From sequence record OR142618.1: 64,000 nt of DNA; one strand, given 5' to 3'. Numbering within the stretch: the stretch's first letter is position 1; each line of letters begins with the position of its first letter. This document shows, piece after piece, positions 1-8,124 of this stretch. The notes below the pieces were generated by a model. The model had not been told where the DNA came from. It worked only from the letters and a program-made list of their open reading frames with translations, and did not search any database. The translations under genes were made by a program, and so were the position numbers.

Positions 1-6
1 TTCAAT

Positions 7-49
7 ATCTTTTTCTTTATCTTTTTCTTTATCTTTTTCTTTATCTTTT
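7..49. repeat. 12-bp tandem repeat ATCTTTTTCTTT x3.5
   Basis: Read directly at 7, 19, 31 and partial at 43. Confidence 0.9.
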
Positions 50-520
50 ATCATTGCAAATACAAATAATAATTATTCTTATTTGCATTTAGTGATGTAA
101 ATAATTCTTATTTGTATTTGCGATTAATTCTTATTTGCTACAATAGATAGAATAAGAATAATTCACATTTGCAATGCCGCTAAAAGCGCTGTAAGCGCTG
201 TATATTGCGTAGTAGTGCTAAGCAATGCGTTAGTACAGCTACGCGCACAAACGCTGTTATGCGCGCTTGTAGCGCGTTTTAGGGCCCATGCGCATGCGTA
301 TACCTGTAGCTTTACATAGTAAAATGCAGAAAAGACGTCGTCTATTAACGTGCCTGTCTTAATAGAAATATACAATTGTACAATACCTGCGAAATCCTAC
401 ACACTACAGACATGCAAACAAGCAATGTGCTTGCAAGCATAAAAGTTTTTAAAAAGTAGTAGACACAGTGTAGCATCCCTAGTAAGCTACACACATAAAC
501 AACACAACGGAGTACAAGCT

Positions 521-991
521 ATGTCTAATGTAAGCATCCCTGCTGTAACTGTAGAGAACATCGGCACCCTGCGCATCGTGCGCACCGCTAACAAGGAGGT
601 CGGAAGTGTGCTCGACCTAAAAGTTAACGGGGTAGTAGTAGGGCAAGCTTTCCCGCTCTACAGCACAAAAACCCAGCGTAGCTGGAACGCGAGCATGCAC
701 GCTACCGTTAACGGCGTAGAGGTGCAGTTTGCACAGGAAGGCGTGTTCAGTGCAATCCGCATTGCACGGGCGTTCGAGGATGCAGTAAAGCACGCCGTTA
801 GCAACGGCGAACAAGGGCAACCCCTCCCCGCGCCGGCGGCGGCAGAAGCGCAAGCAGAAGCGCAAGCAGAAGCCCCGGCAGCGCAGACCGAGGATGCGCC
901 GGAGACCCCGGCAGCCGAAGCTAAGCCCGCCCGCAAAGGCGGCAGCAAAGGCGGCAGCAAAGGCGGCAGCAAAGGCGGCAGCAAAAAGTAA
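521..991 (+). CDS. Hypothetical early protein with Ala/Glu/Pro linker and (KGGS)4 basic tail; paralog of 6699..7136
   Basis: GGAG RBS, TAGACA-N17-TAAGCT promoter upstream, terminator after stop; shares TKTQRxW and GVFSAIRIARA with 6699..7136. Confidence 0.9.
   Translation: MSNVSIPAVTVENIGTLRIVRTANKEVGSVLDLKVNGVVVGQAFPLYSTKTQRSWNASMHATVNGVEVQFAQEGVFSAIRIARAFEDAVKHAVSNGEQGQPLPAPAAAEAQAEAQAEAPAAQTEDAPETPAAEAKPARKGGSKGGSKGGSKGGSKK
935..982 (+). repeat. AAAGGCGGCAGC x4 (KGGS repeat) inside CDS
   Basis: Four exact 12-bp copies. Confidence 0.95.
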
Positions 992-1006
992 GCGCTGCTA
1001 ACACAG

Positions 1007-1119
1007 GAAAGGGGCAACTGCCCCTTTCCTTTTATGTCCTAGTTGTAAACGCAAATTAATCTTATTTGCATTTGCACAAGTCATTCTCCGGTTGCATTAC
1101 TGCGGTAAGATGTTAGTAT
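1007..1119 (+). repeat. Terminator + box + sigma70 promoter cassette, copy 1
   Basis: 113 bp, 6 mismatches versus 1884..1996; GGGGC/GCCCC hairpin + T tract, CTTATTTGCA box, TTGCAT-N16-TAGTAT. Confidence 0.9.
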
Positions 1120-1145
1120 ATATGTAGCTATACGGAGTAATTGCT

Positions 1146-1376
1146 ATGAAGCGCAAGTACCTAAAGGCACAGTTCGAGCATGTCAGTGCCGGGCGAGTTG
1201 CAAAAGAACTCGACGAGAAGTTCAATTTCGTTGTAGGCGATAATGTACACTACTGGGCCATCTTCGAAACTAATGTCAAACCCGAAGTTCTACAAAAGGC
1301 AATTCATGACATGAACGGTGGTGCTTACTGCCATGCATATTCTATTCCGTATGAGGATGTAGAGGAGTATCTCTAA
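1146..1376 (+). CDS. Hypothetical protein (76 aa)
   Basis: GGAG RBS, follows cassette promoter. Confidence 0.8.
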   Translation: MKRKYLKAQFEHVSAGRVAKELDEKFNFVVGDNVHYWAIFETNVKPEVLQKAIHDMNGGAYCHAYSIPYEDVEEYL

Positions 1377-1590
1377 TGCTCTACTATCGCGATGTTTATG
1401 CAGGTGTTTGCTGTTAAACTTGTATAGCCGGCACCAGGTCGCATATAACACGCCTAGCCCCATGCAAACTGCGGACATGATCCATTCACGCCTGTAGCGT
1501 ATGTTCGAAGAATTCGGTTGCAAGCCCGACGGTTGCTCTGCTAGCATGTACGAGGATAAGACGCACATTACACTAGCCTGGAGCAAGTAA
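1376..1590 (+). pseudogene. Possible disrupted small gene
   Basis: Slot begins with TAATG overlap and its TAA abuts the next ATG at 1591; a continuous reading needs a frameshift near 1414 and passes TAG at 1495. Confidence 0.3.
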
Positions 1591-1881
1591 ATGGATATGT
1601 CGATTGTGAACAAGCGCTTCGAGAAAGAACTAGCGCTGTTTAATGTCGAAGTTCTCAGTAAGCGCACAGTGAATCATATAACGAAACCGAACATCGAAGT
1701 TTCGTTCAAACTAAAGGGTCATACTACTGAAGAAGAGATGACCACTGTTACTCAGCTCGCACGTCCCATTATGGAGTATGTAAGCGGACGTAGGGTGGTC
1801 TGGGCACATACCGGTCTTTGGCGCTCAATGAAAGACGACCTCGAAGTAGCAGTGCTGACAATGAAGTTATCCAAACAATAA
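1591..1881 (+). CDS. Hypothetical protein (96 aa)
   Basis: GGAG upstream; ends at cassette copy 2 terminator. Confidence 0.8.
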   Translation: MDMSIVNKRFEKELALFNVEVLSKRTVNHITKPNIEVSFKLKGHTTEEEMTTVTQLARPIMEYVSGRRVVWAHTGLWRSMKDDLEVAVLTMKLSKQ

Positions 1882-1883
1882 GA

Positions 1884-1996
1884 GAAAGGGGCACTTGCCC
1901 CTTTCCTTTTATGTCCTAGTTGTAAATGCAAATTACTCTTATTTGCATTTGCACAAGTCAATCTCCTGTTGCATTACTGCGGTAAGATGTTAGTAT
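1884..1996 (+). repeat. Terminator + box + sigma70 promoter cassette, copy 2
   Basis: Near-identical to 1007..1119. Confidence 0.9.
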
Positions 1997-2036
1997 GTGT
2001 TTAGCAGTAACACATAACTAGCAGGAGCAACAGACA

Positions 2037-2297
2037 ATGGCAAAGGTTTACCAAGCAAGTGACAGCACCGGTGAGTGGCAGTGTGTTGTTATCCTCCCCG
2101 ACGTTGACTCGGCTCTTCTGTACGCTACCAAGCGCTGCGCGCAAATGGGCAAGGTGGAAGTTGTCGGTCCGTGGGCTCCTGTAATGCCACAGCATTACGC
2201 GAACATGCCGAAAGGTGACGGTGCGGAAGTGCAGTGGCGCCTCATCCCGCCGGGTTGCGGTGTAGCCTGGTACGTCACTTCGGTTAACGACAAGTAA
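2037..2297 (+). CDS. Hypothetical protein (86 aa)
   Basis: AGGAG RBS after cassette promoter. Confidence 0.8.
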   Translation: MAKVYQASDSTGEWQCVVILPDVDSALLYATKRCAQMGKVEVVGPWAPVMPQHYANMPKGDGAEVQWRLIPPGCGVAWYVTSVNDK

Positions 2298-2307
2298 GGA
2301 GACAGAC

Positions 2308-2610
2308 ATGAACCTCGTTACTCTGTGGATCAACGGGCGTGCTGTGACTGCCCGCAAGGTTGTCAGTAAACACACTGTCCGCAATCCGAACAGTCCGATC
2401 GATATCGAGACTATCGACGTTGTTCGACTGCGTCTGCCCCGTGGTGTTCGTGCTAGCAGTTGGGCACTCCGTAAGGCAGTGTACCAACTCATGGAGCAAA
2501 GCTGTAGCTGCTCGAGAGACTGTTGTGGACACTGGTTCGGCGGCGCACGCAAGATCTACATTAAAGGCAGAGACGTCAGTGTAGTTGCCGGGTACCAGCG
2601 CAATTACTAA
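2308..2610 (+). CDS. Hypothetical protein with CSCSRDCCGHW Cys cluster
   Basis: AAGGAG RBS; terminator right after stop. Confidence 0.8.
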   Translation: MNLVTLWINGRAVTARKVVSKHTVRNPNSPIDIETIDVVRLRLPRGVRASSWALRKAVYQLMEQSCSCSRDCCGHWFGGARKIYIKGRDVSVVAGYQRNY

Positions 2611-2611
2611 A

Positions 2612-2677
2612 GGAAAGGGGGCAACTGCCCCTTTCCTTTTATGTCCTAGTTGTAAATGCAAATTATTCTTATTTGCA
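2612..2677 (+). repeat. Terminator + box cassette, partial copy 3
   Basis: Matches the first ~66 bp of copies 1 and 2, then diverges. Confidence 0.9.
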
Positions 2678-2865
2678 ATGATAATATCCCCGCCACGCAA
2701 ATAAGAACTAATCTTAGAACAAATATTCACTTGATTTTTCTCCCAATATAGTGTATGTGTATACCGGATAAGATTAAGTCTTGTTTGCTTGTTACATTTT
2801 ATATGTTGCAATGCTAAGGCAATGATACTATTATATGTACAGTAATATAACCCAGGGGATATAAC

Positions 2866-3171
2866 ATGTCAGCAGAATTGAAGCGGTTGTTAGAGATTTT
2901 TCCAACCTTTAAATCATTCATTTATGCTGAAGGGGCATATGGCATTGATGTTTGGAAGGCTACGGGTAGTGTTACTTTGGAACAGGTATTCAATGCTGTT
3001 AATGCAGGTAATGCAGAATGGCAATGTAAAGGTGATCCAACATGCAGCCTGGAACAAAACAGCATGTATATTTTCATTACTATTCAGGAACCAGACTACA
3101 CAGGAATGGTTGATATTGATGTTTGTGTAAAGATTACTAACGGTAATGAAGTAAGTTATCAAATAGCATAA
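2866..3171 (+). CDS. Hypothetical protein (101 aa)
   Basis: AGGGG RBS, TTGCAA-N17-TATTAT upstream, terminator after. Confidence 0.8.
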   Translation: MSAELKRLLEIFPTFKSFIYAEGAYGIDVWKATGSVTLEQVFNAVNAGNAEWQCKGDPTCSLEQNSMYIFITIQEPDYTGMVDIDVCVKITNGNEVSYQIA

Positions 3172-3172
3172 T

Positions 3173-3205
3173 AAAGGAAAGGGGGAATTAATCCCCTTTC
3201 CTTTT
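3173..3205. terminator. Bidirectional intrinsic terminator related to the cassette hairpin
   Basis: AAAGGAAAGGGG-GAATTAAT-CCCCTTTCCTTTT. Confidence 0.85.
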
Positions 3206-3390
3206 ATATATAATATACTTATAAATAAGAATTAATTTTATTTAATTAAAATTAGAATAATTCTTATTTGCACGATCCCGCACTTATAACACAAGTATAT
3301 TACAAAAGCAAGAATAAAATTAACTTGACACACATATGTAGAATATAGCACAATGTGTTTATAAATTATATTACTACAGGAGTGTTAACC

Positions 3391-3762
3391 ATGTTCAAAT
3401 GCAAATTGTTTGTAGTAGATCCTGTTTATAACAACCTTTGCTACACTCAACAAATATGGCTCGAAAGTGACATAAATGTGTGTAGTCAAATAAAGCGTAT
3501 TATTTCTGACGCAGAATTGGCATGCGCAAACAGGATAGTAAATAATCCTCATAGTCCGCTGTGCGTTAAATCGGCAGCATTAAAAATGGTTATGGACGGG
3601 CGCATTGACATCGAACTCAAAGATGTCGATAGTTACGTTGATCAATATAAAGACATTCTTCCTAGCACAAATATTTTGGGTGTTTTTAAACCGACGTTTT
3701 TATCTAACTGGAAAGAAGAGTGTGAACTTTATTTCCTCACTTGTGTTGAAAAAGACAATTAA
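3391..3762 (+). CDS. Hypothetical protein
   Basis: AGGAG RBS before ATG 3391 (ORF track starts at 3355). Confidence 0.75.
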   Translation: MFKCKLFVVDPVYNNLCYTQQIWLESDINVCSQIKRIISDAELACANRIVNNPHSPLCVKSAALKMVMDGRIDIELKDVDSYVDQYKDILPSTNILGVFKPTFLSNWKEECELYFLTCVEKDN

Positions 3763-3773
3763 TATAATATAAT

Positions 3774-4061
3774 ATGGAATATGATTTAAAAAATATTGTT
3801 TCGAAGACTATCTTATCTAATAAAATTAAGATAGTCTCTTTACGTACTGTAGTAAAAACTCAGTATAAAAGAGTAGACTTCCATTATAAGATAGAATGTG
3901 AAAATAGTTCTACAAAACGTAATTTGGCACTTGCCCGTATATACAAACCATTAGAACACACATTAGGTTCAAAACTTGTTTATGTAGATGTTGTGCCTAT
4001 CAAGTTTAAGAAAGATGAAATGCCATCTACTATTCTATCGGTAAGTGTAATGACTAGTTGA
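3774..4061 (+). CDS. Hypothetical protein (95 aa)
   Basis: Tiled after previous gene; similar length and beta-alpha-beta pattern to 1591..1881. Confidence 0.7.
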   Translation: MEYDLKNIVSKTILSNKIKIVSLRTVVKTQYKRVDFHYKIECENSSTKRNLALARIYKPLEHTLGSKLVYVDVVPIKFKKDEMPSTILSVSVMTS

Positions 4062-4202
4062 TATTTGGATTTGATAATTGGAAATATAATAGTAATTCTT
4101 ATTTGCAATTATAATAAATTCTTGTTTACTTTTAAAATAAAAGCAAATTCTAGTTGCATAGCTAGAGGCACTGTGCTAGTATATTAAAAAATAAAGACAG
4201 GA

Positions 4203-4394
4203 GTGTTATTCATGCAAACCAAAGCAACCGAGTTGGCAGTAGGCGATGTTGTTTTCTACAATGGCATGAAAATGACTATCCAGAAAATTTCTAAAGGTCG
4301 GTGTGCAATAGATATTACACTAGTAAATACTTTGGCTAAACTCACATCTTATGTGACAGTCGACTACGACGAAGAATTTGAAGAAGTATTATAA
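4203..4394 (+). CDS. Small hypothetical protein, SH3/KOW-like beta pattern (start 4203 or 4212)
   Basis: TTGCAT-N17-TAGTAT promoter, AGGAG RBS; ELAVGDVVFY pattern. Confidence 0.7.
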   Translation: MLFMQTKATELAVGDVVFYNGMKMTIQKISKGRCAIDITLVNTLAKLTSYVTVDYDEEFEEVL

Positions 4395-4411
4395 TGCAGA
4401 AATTATAGTCA

Positions 4412-4440
4412 TAAGAAAAGGGGCATTGCCCCTTTTCTTA
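4412..4440. terminator. Bidirectional terminator between convergent genes
   Basis: TAAGAAAAGGGGC-ATT-GCCCCTTTTCTTA perfect inverted repeat. Confidence 0.9.
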
Positions 4441-4677
4441 TAGTCCCAACAAATGCTTGCCACTTTTGACTTGCATCATACGTACTTTCTTTTTGCGCAT
4501 TTGCGTTCTTACGTTCAGGCTGTTGGGACCTTTGAAGCTATACAGTATTTCAGTAGTCCCGTCTTCATAGTTGCGTACCACATTTGCAACAATTTGACTG
4601 CCTTCCTGGAACGCTTCGATAAACACGCAGTAATTGAAATTTTCCTTGTTAGCGTTATGTGCGCGTAGTTGCATCAT
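4438..4677 (-). CDS. Hypothetical protein (79 aa)
   Basis: AGGAG RBS and TTGCAT..TATACT promoter on the minus strand. Confidence 0.8.
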   Translation of the reverse strand: MMQLRAHNANKENFNYCVFIEAFQEGSQIVANVVRNYEDGTTEILYSFKGPNSLNVRTQMRKKKVRMMQVKSGKHLLGL

Positions 4678-5030
4678 TTTCTGTTACTCCTGCGTTGTTT
4701 TGCTTTGTTATGTGTAGTATACGCTATGTGTGTACTAATGCAAGAATTTTCTTCCATTTTCTTTCAAATAAAATGTTATTAGCATCTATTCTGTTATAAC
4801 ATTTTCTATGACTTCGTGTTTTGCAAATAAGAATTATTCGCATTTGCATTCCTACCTATCTGCCTAAATTTTAGGCAGCCTGGGTGATTGTCTCCCCCGC
4901 CCTATTACTGGTCTCTGTATAAAGATAATAGCATATTTGCATCTGCATGCAAGCATTTTTTGTAGAATTTTCCTCTTGACATTCCTTGCTGTAGGCTACA
5001 TTATGCACACACAAAGCAGGAGATACCATT

Positions 5031-5411
5031 ATGGCACTCATAGCATTAGTCGCAACTGCATATGACAAAGAAGGCGATAAGTTCGACTATGTTCGATATC
5101 TTAAAGCTCATATCAATTTTGTGTCTGCTCAAGATCAACTGAAAGAATGGATCAAAAACAAAATTGATGCAAGTATAGCAGAAGTTAAAATCGGATTACG
5201 TGCAGAAATCGAAGTATTGGCCTATTTGGGAAACTATATAAGCCATAGTCAACGGATTATTAGTCCCGCCGGGATCATCATGTACATTGTTCTTGATGAG
5301 AAGTATGTTAACGAACTTCACGGTCAAATTTCTAATGCAATTGATTGTGAAGAAAAGAAACATGTAATAAAGAAAGAAGAAAACGTCACTTATATTGATT
5401 TTAAAAAATAA
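5031..5411 (+). CDS. Hypothetical protein (126 aa)
   Basis: AGGAG RBS, TTGACA upstream. Confidence 0.8.
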   Translation: MALIALVATAYDKEGDKFDYVRYLKAHINFVSAQDQLKEWIKNKIDASIAEVKIGLRAEIEVLAYLGNYISHSQRIISPAGIIMYIVLDEKYVNELHGQISNAIDCEEKKHVIKKEENVTYIDFKK

Positions 5412-5447
5412 CTTGCGTTAGCTGTAATGTATATGTATTATGTACTC

Positions 5448-5604
5448 AAGTTTGCAGCAAGACGTATTAATTTGTTTTGCTGTTAGTTGTAACTCCTGCT
5501 ACCAAGTATGTGTTGAGCTAATGCTCCTGACTTGGTTCTTGGTACACTGGTTTGGGTGTACCGTTCTTGAGCTGCAAAGGGCTTGCCCGGAGCAGCTTTT
5601 TTTT
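5448..5604 (+). ncRNA. Candidate structured small RNA or attenuator leader
   Basis: TTGCGT-N17-TATTAT (5413-5441); stems 5455-63/5474-82, 5501-07/5530-36, 5515-18/5523-26, 5541-47/5556-62; terminator 5570-75/5592-97 + T tract. Confidence 0.65.
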
Positions 5605-5684
5605 GACCAATATTATTCATTTGACAAAAAATAATAATTAAAAATATAATAGCTTAGTGTATAACTTCCCGTATTAGGCTAATT

Positions 5685-6056
5685 ATGAAATTTGTTATTG
5701 CTGCTATTGCATTGTCTTTGTCCACACTAGTTTCTGCAGAATCTATTTCTGAAGTTAAGATAACTAAAGAAACATGTCTTACACTTCTAGAATTATCTAA
5801 GATTCATGTTGATATGGTAGTAAATGAACACATGAATGCAATACAAATTGCATCTCAAATGGATATTGTATCTAATTCATATAAGAATAATAATAGTAAA
5901 TGGCTTGCATTCTTGCAAGCTCAAGCAAATATTTCAAAATTAATTGATAATGTATATGAGTTTTCATCTACTGAAGAAAGAAAGATTATTCCTCTAGCCA
6001 TATTTAACGGTTGTATGGAAAGAGTTGGTAATACTTTAGAAATATATAAGAAATAA
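5685..6056 (+). CDS. Hypothetical protein with predicted Sec signal peptide
   Basis: MKFVIAAIALSLSTLVSA-ES N-terminus; own TTGACA-N18-TATAAT promoter. Confidence 0.75.
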   Translation: MKFVIAAIALSLSTLVSAESISEVKITKETCLTLLELSKIHVDMVVNEHMNAIQIASQMDIVSNSYKNNNSKWLAFLQAQANISKLIDNVYEFSSTEERKIIPLAIFNGCMERVGNTLEIYKK

Positions 6057-6057
6057 T

Positions 6058-6366
6058 ATGTATAATGTATATGTAGTCCACGGAATAGTCAACACAGGCG
6101 TTGAGACTAATATTTGTGATATAGAACGTTACATTACAAGTAACGACTTCCATGCTGTAGCAAAGTTTCTTAATTTTAAAGAACATATGGTACCAAACAC
6201 ACGATTAATTGTTTCTGGATTAAATACTAAAAAGAACATATTAGAATTAGAATTAAATTTATCGAAAAAAGAATATGTAGTATCAGGTTTTAGAGTTACA
6301 TCACCTGATATAAATGAATGTATTGAATATTACCTGTGTAGAAGGATATTTAAGTTACATGATTGA
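6058..6366 (+). CDS. Hypothetical protein (102 aa)
   Basis: Tiled 1 nt after previous stop. Confidence 0.7.
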   Translation: MYNVYVVHGIVNTGVETNICDIERYITSNDFHAVAKFLNFKEHMVPNTRLIVSGLNTKKNILELELNLSKKEYVVSGFRVTSPDINECIEYYLCRRIFKLHD

Positions 6367-6698
6367 ATTTATATTAAAATCCCTTTTATTAACTTCAGTT
6401 GTCAGTGTTGGCATACTACTGATATTCATTATTATTTCATTATTAATGTTGGGCTTAGGACCGATAGTTCCATTCCTTATTTAATTTTAATTATTTGCAA
6501 GCAAATGCAAATGCGAATAATTCTTATTATCCAGCAGGCTACTGTACCTAATCTTCGTTAGATAAAATCTATTAGAATCTACAAAGTCCATTAAAACGTT
6601 CAATTGTACATGGTGGCCAGATCTGCATATACTACACACATGAAGCAAGCAAACAGCGCTTCATAAACAAACCCAAATACAGCTAGGAGTTCCAAATC

Positions 6699-7136
6699 AT
6701 GACCAAAGCAACCGTTACCGTCGAGCAATCCGCAATCAAACTGGTCCGCCGCAACCTGGAAGGGCACCGGCAGGCCCTGCTGCTGAACGGCGTCGAAGTA
6801 GGCAGCAGCGAAGCGTTCTACAAGACCAAAACCCAGCGCACCTGGTCGGCGAAGATCGACGCCAACATCAACGGCAAGGACATCGTCCTCGAACAGAAAG
6901 GCGTGTTCAGTGCGATCCGGATCGCCCGGGCGATGGAACAAGCAATCCTGTTCATCCTGACCGACGGCAAAGAAGGCGCCGAGATGCCGGCCAGCACGCT
7001 GAGCAAGGAAGAGCAAGCCCACAACCTGGTCAAGGCAGTAGTTCAGGTTGCCGGCCACGCAGTCCAGTCCGGCGACGCTGCCCCGGCGAAGAAAGGCAGC
7101 TCGAAGAAGCGCAAAGAAGCCCAGCCGGAAGCATAA
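6699..7136 (+). CDS. Hypothetical early protein; paralog of 521..991
   Basis: AGGAG RBS, GC-rich codons, shared motifs, basic C-terminal tail. Confidence 0.9.
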   Translation: MTKATVTVEQSAIKLVRRNLEGHRQALLLNGVEVGSSEAFYKTKTQRTWSAKIDANINGKDIVLEQKGVFSAIRIARAMEQAILFILTDGKEGAEMPASTLSKEEQAHNLVKAVVQVAGHAVQSGDAAPAKKGSSKKRKEAQPEA

Positions 7137-7149
7137 TCCGGACTACACC

Positions 7150-7175
7150 GAGAAAGCACCGAAAGGTGCTTTCTC
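7150..7175 (+). terminator. Intrinsic terminator with GAAA loop
   Basis: GAGAAAGCACC-GAAA-GGTGCTTTCTC. Confidence 0.85.
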
Positions 7176-7292
7176 TATGACTGTTAATAACAAATATTCT
7201 TATTTGCATCTATTCTGATATAATAATAACTCTTATTTACAAATCATACTGAATACTGTATTTTACACATTAAACATTGTAGGTAATATAAA

Positions 7293-7781
7293 TTGAATAT
7301 ATTTGTGACTGACACAAATCCTTATGTATGTGCCAAACATCATTGTGATGTTCATCTAAGAAAGATGATAGTAGAAACAGCACAATTGTTAAGCACTACT
7401 CATTATATAATAAACGGATATACTCCTGCATATAAACCTACTCATAAAAATCATCCATGTGCCGTTTGGATTAGAGAAAGTTCAAAAAACTATGAATGGA
7501 CTTATGAACTTCTTACAAGTCTTATAAATGAATTTGAATATAGATTTGACAAACAACATGCAACTAAAATTCACCTTTCGTCATTAAAAACTATACCAAA
7601 ACTCCCTAATATAGAAAGAACAGAGTTTGTCTTAGTTATGCCAGACGAATTTAAAACAGGTAATGTAACACATTCATATCAGTTATATTTAAATGACAAA
7701 TTTAAAGAATGGGCATCGAGATCTAACAGACCCATTTATGCTACATATACAAAGACACCTAAACCATATTTTATTAGTTGA
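7293..7781 (+). CDS. Pyrimidine-dimer DNA glycosylase / endonuclease V superfamily protein
   Basis: MNIFVTDTNP..HCDVHLRKMIVETAQLLST..YKPTHKNHPCAVW motif; TTG start. Confidence 0.75.
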   Translation: MNIFVTDTNPYVCAKHHCDVHLRKMIVETAQLLSTTHYIINGYTPAYKPTHKNHPCAVWIRESSKNYEWTYELLTSLINEFEYRFDKQHATKIHLSSLKTIPKLPNIERTEFVLVMPDEFKTGNVTHSYQLYLNDKFKEWASRSNRPIYATYTKTPKPYFIS

Positions 7782-7853
7782 AATATAATAAAAATGATTG
7801 ACATGTACATAAGATCATATTATGCTGTATAAAACAGCAAGGAGTAGATATAC

Positions 7854-8087
7854 ATGTACCGCAAACTGAATACAAATCCACGCCCAATGCCAAAAACAAA
7901 GGCAATTCCAACTAAATTTGTCATTCAGTACACTGCACGGAATAAAGCAACAGAAAGTTTGTTCAAAAAAAGAACTATTACATTACATGCGTTTGGGCGT
8001 CTCGATGCACAAACACTCCTATCGAAACATATCCGAAAAAATAATTTGGAATTAGGTGTAATTATTGATTTCGGTGAAACAGTTTAG
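7854..8087 (+). CDS. Hypothetical basic protein (77 aa)
   Basis: AAGGAG RBS, TTGACA-N17-TATGCT promoter. Confidence 0.8.
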   Translation: MYRKLNTNPRPMPKTKAIPTKFVIQYTARNKATESLFKKRTITLHAFGRLDAQTLLSKHIRKNNLELGVIIDFGETV

Positions 8088-8098
8088 TTAGTGACACA

Positions 8099-8124
8099 GG
8101 AAAGGGGGCAGTTGCCCCCTTTCC
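8099..8124 (+). terminator. Cassette-family terminator followed by GCAAAT hexamers and a box
   Basis: GGAAAGGGGGCA/TGCCCCCTTTCC stem. Confidence 0.85.

Noticed and set aside
163-375. 70-aa minus-strand ORF
   Set aside because: Low-complexity Ala/Cys/Thr translation of a palindromic tract with no clear RBS; treated as non-coding.
4860-4878. Hairpin CTGCC-TAAATTTTA-GGCAG resembling the Cas6f/Csy4 stem
   Set aside because: The loop and flanks do not match the I-F repeat (GTTCA..GTATA..CTAAGAAA), and it is a single short match that could arise by chance.
5440-5634. 64-aa ORF in the track
   Set aside because: No RBS, the start overlaps the -10 box, and it runs through a T-tract terminator; better explained as a structured RNA.
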